From contig NC_042997.1 in NCBI RefSeq assembly GCF_006345805.1, forward strand, positions 107,818,001 to 107,882,000: 64,000 bases of DNA, in the 5' to 3' direction. Position numbers and translations under genes: made by a program. Shown piece by piece: positions 38,816 through 52,480 of this stretch. The notes beneath the pieces were generated by a model. That model had not been told where the DNA came from. It did not search any database and saw nothing but the letters and a program-made list of their open reading frames with translations. The DNA comes from Octopus sinensis (taxonomy: Eukaryota). How positions within the stretch are numbered: the stretch's first letter is position 1; every line of letters starts with the position of its first letter.

Positions 38816-41444
38816 AATTTAACAAGGTGTTTCCATTATTTTCTTCAATCCTTGTACATGCGCATGCGTACATACATATGCATATGCACGAGCATGCGTT
38901 TATGCATTCATTCACACATACAAAAATACATACACACATAAATGCATACACACATACATTCATGCATACATAATACATACATACATACATACATACATAC
39001 ATACATACATACATACATACATGCATACATGCATGCGTGCATACATATATACATACATATATAAATACATACATACATTCATACATGCAACATTGCTATA
39101 CATGCATGCGTACATACATAAATACATGCAATATGTCTATAAACAATGAAGTGAGAATACTATAGCAATATGAACAGTAAAACGAATGTGCCTGACGTGG
39201 GAAGTTTCAGCCATGTTGCAGAAAAGATGGACGACTGGGAGAGCAGCAGAAGAAGGCTGAGAATTGGTTTCAGGTCCAGATGTTGGCGTGTTAGAGATAG
39301 TTAGCTAAAAGAACTATGGAAGGCCAAATCGGCGTATTAAAATGGTTTGCCACACTACGTTGAAACCTTGTAGTCAATAACAAAAACATTTGCTCAGCAG
39401 AGAACTCTAAGCCCTATAGGCTGCTGTAATGTTATGAACAAATTGTAGCAATTTCTTGAAGATTTATTGTGGCTCTAATGATACTCAAGGATGAGAAGGC
39501 AGGAAGAAAGAAAGAGTTATGGGGATGCGATAAATTTTGGTAATTAAGACTGAGAACTCCTGAGAAACATTGTTACCGTATGGTAAGACCTACAGGTATG
39601 TATGCAATTCTATTCCCCTCACATAAGCTATTGAAGTTACTACGGTTGGCAAAAATATCTGAATTCCTTGGTTGCAGCCATCGAAGAAAATGTCTGCGTT
39701 AGAATCAGGTGAAGCCACTTAATACACACATGCAGGCATATAAGAATAGCAGACTATTCTTCACTCTGCATTAGACATTCCTTATTTTCGTTCGTATCAC
39801 AAACTTTAAAAAAATACAATTCTCCACATTTAAGAGACAGATGAATAAATATAGGGAGGCGTGGTCTGTATGTAAATTATTCGTGGGTATGGTCTGTATG
39901 CAAATTGCGATTATGTAAAGTTTGTTAGTGTTGGTGTACTTTGTTGTTGTTGTTTAACCCGAGGTCAGCCGTGATCCAGTCGCTTTATGATCAAAGGCGT
40001 TACCGCTCTGACTATCTAGTCTTTTCTTATGTCTAGGACTATACTCTCATACTGTCCAATGTCCTTCTTTATTCAAGCAGGAAGGATATGATTTAGAGGA
40101 GATTTGGCTACTATTTCTTGCTGGTAAACGACCGCGTAGAAGCTCCCTCGTTATTGTTGTTGCTGTTGATGCTGATGCTGCTGGTAATGATGACGATGAA
40201 GATAATAGTGATAGAAAAAGTAGAGACAAAATGGCTGTACACCAAATGGCTGTACACCACCACCAACATCATCATTGTCCTCGACGTCGTCGTCATCATC
40301 ATCATCATCACCCTAGCTAACTATGGTTCTCATCCACCCCCACTTTCATTTTTATTTTATCCTCGCAACAAAAACAACCTCAAACAACAACAACAAAAAG
40401 GAAATACAAAATAAACACGGAATTCGTGAGGAGGAGGAGGAGGTGGTGGTGGTAATGACAGAGGCGGAGGTGTTGGTGGTGGTTCGAGGTTGTAATAGAG
40501 GAGGCAAGCATGAAGTCAACTTCCTAAACATTTAATGTCAACGGGGAAAGTAGAATTGTGAAGGCGTTTTAATTATAAATGACAGTAGTTTGGTTAATTC
40601 AAAATTGACGATTTCAATCCTCACTGGATCACTTTGGTTACGGTGGAATTAACACTCCTTCTCTCAGATACTGACACACACACACACACGCGCGCGCACA
40701 CATGTACGTACATAGACTCACTTAGTCTCAGGCACATACATATACAGAGACGGGTAAACCTGGATGTGGGTTTTAAATGTTCTCTTCATATGTTTTGGCT
40801 TTGATCCACCGTACGACGCCTCGGTCTCGGCTCACCAGGCTGGGTAATCAGATCGAACCCAAAACCACGTCGTCACTAAACTATTGGTCGTGAGAAACTG
40901 CGAGGAAGCTTATAAACTTATAACGCATCTTTTTTTTTGAGTTATGAACTGAATAATGCTATTGGATATATGAATAGATTAAAAGCATACATAGAGAGAC
41001 AATCTACAACCAAAGCTAAATTATTTTATTGCAAAACAATTACGCCAAAAGACATTTGTTGAACATAAGAAGAAAGTTAATGAATGTTACTTTATCCTAA
41101 AAAACAAAAGTGTGAACGATGTTTGAATAATGCAGTTTCACTGTTAGTGACATCCCAACACATCTCATCCTGCCTAAAGGCGTTAATGACGATAGTCTTC
41201 TGACAGTAATTAAAAATCTTGAGAATTTTAAAGCACCATGAAGAGACTTGATTGTTGGATACTGATACACGAAGCCAACCGTCTATCGACCGTATCTTAT
41301 CAACCTGTACCGGCAATCTCTCAATGGGAATGGCAGCATATTGCACTGGTAAGCTCTGGCAGAGACAAAAGCTGATCTTCAAAAGCAGGGTCACCCACAT
41401 GGCAAAAACTACCAGATTGTCGTTTAGGCAAAGCAAGTGCACCA

Positions 41445-41479
<35 letters not shown>

Positions 41480-41543
41480 TATGTATGTATGTATGTATGT
41501 ATGTATGTATGTATGTATGTATGTGTGTGTGTGTGTGTGTGTG

Positions 41544-41575
<32 letters not shown>

Positions 41576-41610
41576 TGTATGTATGTATGTATGTACGTAT
41601 GTATGTATGT

Positions 41611-41652
<42 letters not shown>

Positions 41653-41719
41653 GCATGTATGTATGTATGTATGTATGTATGTATGTATGTATGTATGTAT
41701 GTGTTATGTATGTATGTAT

Positions 41720-41915
41720 GTGTCAGGTCACTTTCGAGTGCTACTGGTAACATGTAACACACTACAACCTGTTGCATGGTCGGCCCGTCGGCGACTAAAC
41801 CGGCAACACCACCAAGCTTGCTTGGTGAGGAGGCTGTTTATTGGACACCCTGTGGGATGAAAAATAAAACCCATCAGAGGGCGGAGGAACTCTTGAGAGT
41901 CAACGGCCATCCAAT
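41720..41915 (+). mobile_element. 5'-end fragment related to the RTE at 50879
   Basis: tgtcaggtca...ctactggtaacatgtaac...gcgactaaac[c/t]ggcaac is shared with 50879-51065. Confidence 0.7.
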
Positions 41916-42749
41916 AAAAGTGTAATTTTTTTTTCTTCTTATGGCTTAAGGCTGTATCATGCGCGGGGACATAGAAATAATCGGACTGAATACCCGATAG
42001 CGCAGTTAAACCATTGGGAGTGAAGGACTACCTAGCCTTTGTTAGGGCATCCTTCAGGTAACTGGGATAACTCCGACATAAAACCTGCGGCTCAGTGGTT
42101 ACCGATGATATTGACTTGTTCTTCTTTTCGGATTATGGCTGCTGTTGCTTAGTGAGTGGGATTGATTCAGTGCACAGCCTTTCCTCACTTTAAAAAAAGT
42201 CTTCTTGCACAGGCATTGCATGATAACATTGTTCATGATTGTTGATAGTGCTGTGAGTCTCAACTGAATGGCTGGCTGTAGCCTTAAAAAGCAAATAAAA
42301 GTCACATTCGATCACAGCACCAGTAACAGTTGAGCTTCGTGCAATGGCCATACTCGATAATGAGGGGACAGCCATCATATGTATGTATGTATGTGTGTAT
42401 GTATGTATGTATGTATGTATGTATGTATGTATGTATGTATGTATGTATGTATGTGTGTATGTATCTAATTTTCCTTTGAGTTCTACTTGAGAGAGTTCAA
42501 GCCAGTCGCTAACAAAGCGAGAAAAGTTTTTGAGTTAAGAGAGTTCCCGGTGTTTGTGAATATGTGATTGAGTTGGTGTGTTGGTCGAACTATCGATGCA
42601 TACACCTAAGTGTGTGCATCTATTCATATAAGTTCACATAAGAATCTCAAATGGAGAATTCTTGGAATGTCTTACAATTCTTCATTGTGCCATTAATAGA
42701 TTGGATTTGGAGAATCCATGTCAGTTTCTTTTCCCGTGAAACCAAGTGT

Positions 42750-43390
42750 TTCTAGGTTTTGGAGGCAAATGTGTTGTTTCCTTCACCTAATGCACCGATG
42801 ATGATAGGTACAAATAAGAATTCATAGCCAGGGTATAAAAGTTCCGCATTAATTCGCCATAAATGTTCTCTTTTTACTGGATTTTTGATTGTCCATTCAC
42901 ATCCGCTGGCCAAATGACCTCTACAACAGTTCCTTACTTTTTTCCCCTGTCCCACAGAACAATATCAGGTCTGCTCTGCTCGCACTGAACTGATGTCTTT
43001 ATCAGGGTGTTCCACCAGTATTCCTTGTTTTTTTTTAAGGGTGTGAATATCTGCTGGGTCTGACATGTCTTTGGTGCATACGTCAAGGCAGTCGTTCTTA
43101 CAGATATCCTTGTAAATAGCCTTTACAACTACACCATGCCTCAGGGGGGAGGTAGTATCTCGAAGACATTATGAGGCTGCTGATGATGATGTGAGTGATA
43201 TCTTCCACACTGGTACAGCAGAGCCGACAATGTTTTATAACAACCTGGATGCTCGGTGGTAGCGTTGTCCCTCTTGTTTATCAGGTATTTAGAAGCTATA
43301 TCCTGTTCCTGTATAGCGAAGACATATCCTTCTAAGTGCGATGTAATGTCTCTTTCACAGCTCCAGAGGAGGTTACTCATATCCCTTACG
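42750..43390 (-). mobile_element. R4/Dong-like C-terminal fragment
   Basis: HLEGYVFAIQEQDIASKYL motif and downstream RLE remnants. Confidence 0.7.
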
Positions 43391-43449
43391 GATATATAAT
43401 GTCACGTGACAGTATATATCCGTTGAGAAACCAACCACAAAACCACGAC

Positions 43450-44210
43450 TAGGAAGCTTACAGAGATGTTGGCAGTTCCAAAAAGTACTGTTCATGAATA
43501 CTTTGTGACACTTGGGTACATTTTCCCTTTATGATGTTGGAAACTTTCTGAACCTATCAGAGAAAGAACTGCATGGAATGGTATTACAATGGCGCCTTAC
43601 TCTTAAAAACGTTACGGAATTGAATCTTTTTTGAAGAGATTAGTGGTAGAGATGACAAACGGATTGTCTACGATAACATAGTGCAAAAATTGTCCTGAAG
43701 TTTGCGTGAAAATCCTTCGAAACAGCTCCAAAAACGGGATAGTTGTGTGAAAACAAGAGAACATAAACAAGGAAAAAAATTTGTGTCTGATGAGATTTCA
43801 AAGGCATTACTCTTTATGAGCTACTTGACTGTCAATTCTGATGTCTGTTGCTGCTACTTGGAGAAATTGAATAAAAAGAAAGCTCATCAGATGAGGTCAG
43901 AATTAGCCAACAGGAGACGGGTTGTGTTGCATCAAGACAACACAAAACCACTGGTATTTTTGCTTACCCGCAGAAAGTTGCATGAGCTTGAGTAGGGTCG
44001 CTCAGTGCAACCGCCATACTTTCCCATGTGATTTTCATTTGTTTAGGTCCCTATAAATTATTTGAATGAAAAAAAAATGATCTAAATAATTTAGATGCAG
44101 TCAGAAGCCCCGTGGATAACTTTCTTTACCCCCGAAACAGCCAAGTTCTACGCAGATGGAATTTTATCGTTGTCAAATAGATGGACTAATATCATTAATA
44201 AAACATGGAG
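43450..44210 (+). mobile_element. Decayed mariner transposase fragment
   Basis: RRRVVLHQDNTKP, and an FYADGILSLSNRW C-terminus. Confidence 0.7.
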
Positions 44211-44211
44211 G

Positions 44212-44257
<46 letters not shown>

Positions 44258-44262
44258 ACACA

Positions 44263-44309
<47 letters not shown>

Positions 44310-44879
44310 TGTATGTAGTCCTACAATTTTCAACCATATTTCACCAAATATGACATGTGTGTTCTCTTTGACTTAGGACGCTTTTTCTTATAATTTTTTC
44401 CTCGAAATTCCGCGCCCCCAACATAATTGTCAATTCGCATAGGATTTGGTTTGAGCCAGCGAAAAAACGTGACACACTTCCAGCTGGAAAAAATCAATAC
44501 TTTACTTTGTCAGCTGTGGCGAACTCCTTTCGACTGCTTGTTACAATTTGCCTCTTGTTTTCACATGAGCGCTCTTTTTCATATAATTATTCCAACTTAA
44601 AGTAGCCACTTCGAAACTCTTACCCAAAATTAAAAATCTTTAATTCGGTCAGTTTGATTAACATTTTTGCCAACTACATTTTACTATTTTGTGGGTGCTA
44701 CACATTCACGGCTTTTCCTTAGGACTTTTTCTATTGCGTAAACTGATAATTTTCCATCATACCTCGACGCAAAAGATCCAATAAAGATCGGCAAACAAAT
44801 GCTGCATAGAAAAGTAAACGTATGCGTGCAAATGAATCTGCCAAGGATATTGCCAGGAGGAATTCTCTCTCAATGCACT

Positions 44880-45414
44880 TAGGATGGCTTCAGTGGGAAG
44901 AAGGTAACGTGAAGAGCAGTGTTGTGATCGGTTAGCACGTATTGCTGCGCAACGAGCCGCCCAGAGCAACGAGCAACGTTCAGCACGCCGAACAAGAAAT
45001 GCTTCCTCTACTGCTGCTGCACGAGCTGCAGAGACTGCAGCACAATGCGCAATTCGACTTACAAGAGATGCTACAGCAACTGCTGCCGCGCGTGCTACGG
45101 AGACCACAGGGGAAAGACAACCACGACTGGAGGCTACAACTCAGCGAAGGGCTGCACGACGCTCCTACTCAAGGCCATACTCCTGGCGTTGGTCAGTGAC
45201 AGCATTCAACTATGATCCAACAACTGACCACAGTAATCACCCTGACGTTCAAATAGGCTGCATGTCCACAATCTGCCCATTTACCATAGAATTGGTTCCC
45301 TGCAGCCGTATGACGCTGCCTCGCCTCAGTTTCTTCAGCTCCACTTCGTGGGAGACTACGTTGACCAGGCATACTAAACAAACAGTTCCGGGAAACGTCG
45401 GGTACGCCTGCTAG
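44880..45414 (+). mobile_element. Internally deleted Helitron
   Basis: Repetitive ETxEQRxxRL-like N-terminus, AFNYDPxxDxSxHPxVxIGxM, PQFLQLHFVGD, then a 3' hairpin ccgggaaacgtcggg and terminal CTAG|T at 45411-45415. The 5' end was not located. Confidence 0.8.
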
Positions 45415-45429
45415 TAATAATAAAAAGAG

Positions 45430-45925
45430 AGAAAAGAGAGCTAATCGTGCCGATGTTGACAAAGCCAATGGTTAATGGCTTCTGGCTTAAAATCAGAAAC
45501 AGAAGGGTTTATCATAGCAACCAAGATCAGTGCCTACATACCAGGCCAACATATTAAAGAACGGCAGTTACCCAATATGTCGTGTATGTAAACAACAAAA
45601 TGAAACCATTGATTATATTGTCTCCATGTGCAGTCTTCTTGCGCCTACAGAGTATCTCAACAAGCATGATAGAGTAGCACAATATATTCACCGGGTAATT
45701 TGCAAAAGCCTGGACTTGCCCCAAGATAAAAACTGGTGGGAATACAAACCACCTCCAGTGCTTGAAAATTATCACATTTCACTCCCCTAGAACTTCACCG
45801 TTCAAACTGGCAGAGAGATAGATGCGAATAGGCCAGACATTATATTGAAAGACTTTAGACAAAAGTCATGCCTCCTCATTGATATGACTTTCCCAATCGA
45901 CATAAATATATCTGTCAAGACCTGC
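45430..45925 (+). mobile_element. R4/Dong-like zinc knuckle + RLE fragment
   Basis: LKSETEGFIIA, CRVCKQQNETIDYIVSMC, HDRVAQYIH, NRPDIILKD...LLIDMTFP. Confidence 0.85.
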
Positions 45926-46429
45926 CTACATTGAGGTCCCGGAAATAATTGTTAAGTTCTGGATATACACTGTATGCAATAGAAGGTCATATGTGTCACA
46001 GTAAGACTCTGCACTATCACACATGGCTCTAGTAACACAGAAATGGATGGCTGAAAATTCTCATGATCACATAACCCCTAACATTTGGCCTCTTAATTCC
46101 CCAGATATCAATTCATTGGACTATTACATGCGAAGCGTTGTTGAGAGAGAGATCAATGAACATGCCCATAATACCAAAGATTCTTTGAAAGATGCCATAG
46201 CAAGAGTAATGTCCAAAATGCACCAGGACCACTTGATTCGAGCATGAAAATGATTTAGATCTCATATAGAAGCAGTTGTTGAAGCTGAAGGTGGCTTTAT
46301 TGAATAACATTATAGAAAAGAAGGTTTATTTTTAACCTCATAGCATTTTTTAATAAAGTTATTAATCTGTTATTATATATTTGTTTTTCTATAAACATAA
46401 ATCTGTCCTCAAATACCTTACGCACCCTG
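45926..46429 (+). mobile_element. maT/DD37D-like Tc1/mariner 3' fragment
   Basis: WPLNSPDINSLDY (Asp as third catalytic residue), ending in TIR-like cgcaccctg|TA. Confidence 0.7.
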
Positions 46430-47374
46430 TATAGTGCATCTAAGGCAACCTAAAGCAACATACTGATTTCAAGCTTTGGCACAAGGCCAGCAAAATATTT
46501 ATACAAATGTTCAGTAGTCAGTGCGCCGGTCAAAATGTTTAGCGGTATTCCGCACGTCTTTAACTGTTGAGTTCAAATTCCGCCGAGGTCGGCTTTGCGT
46601 TTCACTCTTTCGGGTTCGATAAAAATAAGCACCAGTGAATCAATGGGGCCGATATAATCGACTTAGCCTTTTTTCCGAAATTGCTGGCCTGGTGCCAAAC
46701 ATTTGAAACCGATATGGCTGAATAGAAGACATGGTGGTCATGCCTGGGACGTTTTTCACCATGGATCTGCTCGATGAGATCTTACTTGGGGTTAAAAACA
46801 TTAAGAACAACATTGGAGGGATGTGGGCAGAGGTAACCTCGACTGGATTTGAACTGAGTAACTATATGTTAAGTTTTTAAATGGCGAAGAAAATCGACCG
46901 ACGAGACTTAGATATCATATTGCACCTCGTCCAGCAGCACTTTACCATTTCTGCTGCCCTACAACGGCCTCCGCCGCCGCCGCCGCCGCCGCCCTGCCGT
47001 GCTTAAAATAACAAAACCAGAACAATGAGTATTACACTGAAGACAGAATCTGTTGTCGACAGATGTTGTTGTTAACAGAAATACCAACCAGTAACTTGAG
47101 CCAACAAATGTTTATAAAATATCCACTTGCTTCAAAATTCTTTCCTATTTGTTCAGACCGAGTCTCTTATTTTGAGAGTCCCTATAAACGCATTGCGTTG
47201 CCTAAATATGCGCTAACTCCACGCCGTAGAATTACTGATATATTTCTTTAAATAATTGTTCACACATGTTTTCGCCATTTAATTCAGTTGTCCTGGCTAG
47301 TTTAGAACTTGTTATACTTCCTCTCTCTCTGTCTCTCCCTTTCTCTGTTTATATATATGTATATATATTATATA

Positions 47375-47427
<53 letters not shown>

Positions 47428-47621
47428 ATGTGTATATATATATATATTATATATATATATATGTATGTATGTGTGTGTGTGTATGTATAGTTTAGCAACA
47501 CGGAACAAACGAAAAGTAGTCAAACTAGAACTACCTAAGCGTCGAATTCTAGTTTACTATCACATATATATAATATGTATATTATTATTGTATATATATG
47601 TATATATATATAATAATATAC

Positions 47622-47671
<50 letters not shown>

Positions 47672-47829
47672 TAATATACATATTATATATATATATATAT
47701 ATATATAATATGTATATTATTATATATATACATATATTATTATTATTATTATTATTATTATTTATTATTATTATTATTATTATATTATTATATTATTATT
47801 ATTATTCATTATTATTATTATTATTATTA

Positions 47830-47985
47830 TTCAGTAGTTTTATTTTTATAGCGTGCTTTCACTTCACTACCGAGCGCAGCTCTGTGTGCCTTGGGTATGT
47901 GCTGTGATTTGTTGTGATGCTCTGATGGTTATTGTATGGAAAGTGTTCTGCGTAGGATGTGTGCAGTGCCTAGTTTATTATTATT
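47830..47985 (-). mobile_element. R4/Dong-like 3' end in a (TAA)n array
   Basis: LGTAHILRRTLSIQ* plus 3' UTR ending ...aaaactactg-(aat)n, with (TAT)n on both sides. Confidence 0.8.
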
Positions 47986-48003
47986 ATTATTATTATATTA
48001 TCA

Positions 48004-48070
<67 letters not shown>

Positions 48071-48084
48071 ATTATATATCTTTC

Positions 48085-51000
48085 TCTTTACTCTTTTACT
48101 CTTTTACTTGTTTCAGTCCTTTGACTGCGGCCATGCTGGAGCACCGCCTTTAGTCGAGCAAATCGACCCCGGGACTTATTCTTTTTTTGTAAGCCCAGTA
48201 CTTATTCTATCGGTCTCTTTTGCCGAACCGCTAAGTAACGGGGACATAAACACACCAGCATCGGTTGTCAAGCAATGCTAGGGGGACAAACACAGACACA
48301 CAAACAAACACACATACATATATATAATAATGATAATAATGTTCGTCCTTCGGTTCGAAGATGACCAACTGACATCATCTGATGGAACTGCCGCCATGAG
48401 ACCGGAGGTGGCTGGTGAGGCCAATCCGGGCAAGGAAGCCCCTCCCACAGGTGGGGCAGAAGTGGGTAGGGGCAGTGCTACTGGTGCAGGCGGCTCTGAC
48501 TTTACGCATCTGACGTTTCTGCTCCGCTGACCGAATCCGTCCTCCTCGGCTGTCCCTGCTCCCACGGTGATTGCGCTGCGCCAGGATGAGCGGTTGGCAG
48601 CAAGTGTCTCCCAGGTCTCTGTTCCGATGGAGAAGTCTTTGAGAGAGACCTTGAGACTATCCTTGTAGCGCTTTTTCTGCCCTCCGACTTTGCGCCTGCC
48701 CTGGCCGAGTTCACCGTAGAAGAGCTGTTTTGGGATGCGAGTGTCGGACATGCGGGAGACGTGGCCCGCCCATCTCAGCTGGGCCTTGCGCATGATTGTG
48801 ATGGTGCTAGGGAGATCTGCCTGCTTCAGAACTTCCGTGTCTGGGACTTTGTCCTGCCAGCGGATGTGAAGGAGATTCCGAAGACACCTGAGATGGAAGT
48901 GGTTTATCTGGCGCTCGTGCCTTCGGTAAGCAGTCCACGTCTCGCAGCCGTATAGTGGGTGGTAAGCACGACTGCCCGGTAGACTTTCAGCTTGGTGTTG
49001 AGGCTGATTCCTCTCCGCTCCCAGACTTTCTTTCGCAGTCTCCCAAACGCGCTGCTTGCCTTGGAGATTCTGTTGATGGTTTCAGCATCTATGTTGGCAT
49101 TGCAGGAGAGAGTGCTGCCCAGGTAGGTGAAGTTTTCCACCACTCGTAGGATCCGTCCGTTCACCCTTATCTGAGGCTCATGGTATTGTTTGCGGGGGCT
49201 GGCTGAAACATCACTTCGGTTTTCTTTGCACTGATGGTGAGACCGAAGTTGTCACAGGCTGATGAGAACCTGTCCATCTCGAGCTGCATCTCCTGCTCAT
49301 CGATTGCATTAAGGGCGCAGTCGTCAGCAAAGAGAAAGTCTCTGACGACTGTCTCCCTCACCTTTGTGACAGCCTGCAATCTCCTGGAGTTGAAAAGTTT
49401 CCCGTCTGTCCTGTACTTGATGTTGATACCGGACTTGCAGTCCCTAAAGGCGTCGGACATCATTGCCGAGAACATGATGCTGAACAGTGTTGGGGCCAGG
49501 ACACAGCCCTGCCTGACTCCGTTGGTCACCTGGAAGGCTTCAGATGAGTCGCCGTCTTCAAGGATTCGGCTGTCATTCCGTCGTGGAACTGGCGGACAAT
49601 TGCAATAAATTTGCTGGGGCAACCAAATTTTCCCATGACCTTCCATAGTCCCTCCCGACTGACTGTATCAAAGGCCTTGGTGAGGTCAACAAAGGTCATG
49701 CAGAGGTCAAGGTGCTGCTCCATGCATTTCTCCTGGAGCTGGCGGGCGGCGAATATCATGTCAGTGGTCCCTCGACCCGCACGGAGCCACACTGGCTCTC
49801 AGGGAGAAGGCCTTGCTCCAAGTGTTCCAGAAGGCGGTCAAGCAGGACCCGGGCCAGGATCTTGCCTGCTATGGACAAGAGGGAAATACCTCGGTGGTTG
49901 TCGCAGGACCGCCGATCTCCTTTCCGCTTATAAATGTGGACGATTGTTGCGTCCCGGAAATCTTGAGGGAGTTGTTCCCTGTCCCACATCGACTGGAACA
50001 GGCTGGTGAGCTGACTGATCATGGTGGGGCCGCCCGACTTGAACACCTCTGCAGGGATGGCGTCAGAGCCTGGAGCTTTGCCGGTGGACATTTTTTTGAT
50101 GGCTCTGCTCACTTCCTCGACTGCAGGGGGAACAGCCAACTCGTGGTTTGTCGGCACCTGGGGGAGTCGTGCGATGGCTTCCTCGTTGATCTGGGCTGGT
50201 CGGTGAGCACGATGTTGAAATGCTCCGCCCATCTCTCCAGGATCAGCCTCTTGTTAGTCAGGAGTGAGGTTCCATCTGAGCTGAGCAGGGGGGTTGATCC
50301 AAAGGAGAACTGCGGTCCATAGACAGCTTTCAGCGCCTCGTAGAATTTCTTGGTGTCGTGTTTGTCTGCGTATCCCTGAATCTCATCCGCCTTGGCGCTT
50401 AAGCATGCGTCTTGCATGAGGCGGAGTTTAGCCTGGACTGTGCTGCGAATGTTGTTGAAAGCGGCCTTCTTTGCCGTGCAGGTGGTGTCATTTTGGTGAG
50501 CCCGCAGCAGACGGCGTTTCTCTTCCAGGAGCTTTTGGATTTCCTGGTCGTTTTCGTCGAACCAGTCCTGGTGGTTCCTCGTAATTTGGCCCAGAGTTTC
50601 AAGGGCGATGGAATGAACCGTGTCCCTGAATGATTCCCACTGCTCATCGATGCTGGACTGGTCACTCCGAATGTCCAACAGCTTACTGTCCATACGTGAC
50701 TGGAGATCTTGTGCAGTCAGCTGGTTCTTTAATTTCGTGATGTTAAGCTTCCTCGTCACATTCTGACCCTGTGGTCTTCTCTTAGGTCGGATGTAAAAAT
50801 CCATCCTGGAGATGATGAGGCGATGGTCCGTCCAGCAGTCAGCTCCGCACATGGCTTTGACCAGTCTCACGTCCCGCCTGTCAGGTCAGGTCTCCGCTTG
50901 GAGCTACTGGTAACATGTAACCCAGTACAACCTGTTACATGGTCGGGTCGTTGGCGACTAAACTGGCAACCCCACCAAGATTTCTTGGTGAGGAGGGTGA

Positions 51001-52480
51001 TTTGGACACCCAGCAAAACCTGTCAAAGGGCAAAGGAACTCTCTCATGAGTCAATGGCCATCCAAAATCCGGAGTGGAGCCCCTAAGGCGGTTGGATTGC
51101 GCCATGCGTGCCACCTTCCGGCAGCTCCTGCATCTTGGTCTACCCCCAGTCGTCTTGACTTTGTCTTGCCACTGGATCCGGCGCACCAGGACGAGAGAGT
51201 GAGGCTGATCCTGCGCAAGTCACCCTCACTATAATCCAAGTCACGCGCATGTCACGACATCATGACGCCATGACACCATCCCAAAGTCCTGTGGCGATGG
51301 GGAAACGGCGAAGTAGCAGGTGAGGATACACTGGGAGCTGCAGTCGTGAACCCACACACAGGCGGCTCAGGACATGTGGTCGCCCCTTACTGAACTGAGG
51401 CAGCAGTGGAGTCCGGCAGCCTCCTGAGTGACCGAACAGCCCTCTTCAGGATCGCTCTGCTCGCCTCCCCAGCATGAGGACGGGGCTAGAAAAGGTTGCC
51501 CTAAACATAGCCTGCCTCACCTCACCCTGGTCAGCAAACCGCGGCTGGCGGGGATCCTTTCCAAGCGGTCGAAACAAAGAAAGAAGAAAACAAACAAAGG
51601 TGCTCACTTTCGCAACTTGGAACGTGAGAACTCTGCTTGACAACACCAAAGCGGACAGACCAGAGAGACGAACTGCCCTGGTGGCCAGAGAACTGAGCCG
51701 ATACAGTGTCGATATTGCAGCACTGAGCGAGACCCGCCTTGCGGACAAAGGCCAGCTGACAGAGACAGGCGGCGGCTACACTTTCTTTTGGAGTGGTCGC
51801 AGCGGCGAAGAGCGTCGTGAGGCTGGTGTTGGTTTTGCCATTAAGTCAGTACACGTGCGGAAACTGGAAAGCCCCCCCGAGGGTATCAACGATCGGCTGA
51901 TGAAGATGCAGCTCCCACTTGGAAACAAGACTAGTGCGACCATCATCAGTGCTTACGCCCCCACCATGACCAACTCTGAAGAAGTTAAGGACAGGTTCTA
52001 TGAGGAACTTGACTCCCTCATCACGTCAGCCCAGCCTGGGAAGCTCATCCTCCTTGGGGATTTTAACGCCCGTGTCGGGACTGACCACCAAGCCTGGCAT
52101 CGCGTACTGGGAAAGCAAGGAATCGGAAAGTGCAACAGCAACGGACAGCTCCTCCTGCGTGCGTGTGCCTCTCACGATCTTACCATCGCCAACACCTTGT
52201 TCCGTCTGCCAACACGCAACAAGACATCATGGATGCATCCACGCTCCAAACACTGGCATCTGATAGATTACGTCATCGTCAGGGCGAAAGACAGGCGGGA
52301 CATATATATACACATATATACGACAGGCTTCTTTCAGTTTCCGTCTACCAAATCCACTCACAAGGCATTGGTCGGCCCGGGGCTATAGCAGAAGACACTT
52401 GCCCAAGATGCCACGCAGTGGGACTGAACCCGGAACCATGTGGTTGGTAGCAAGCTACTTACCACACAGCCACTCCTGCG

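Noticed and set aside
41092-41445. Non-repetitive ORF-bearing stretch
   Set aside because: No recognisable domain in any frame and no splice support.
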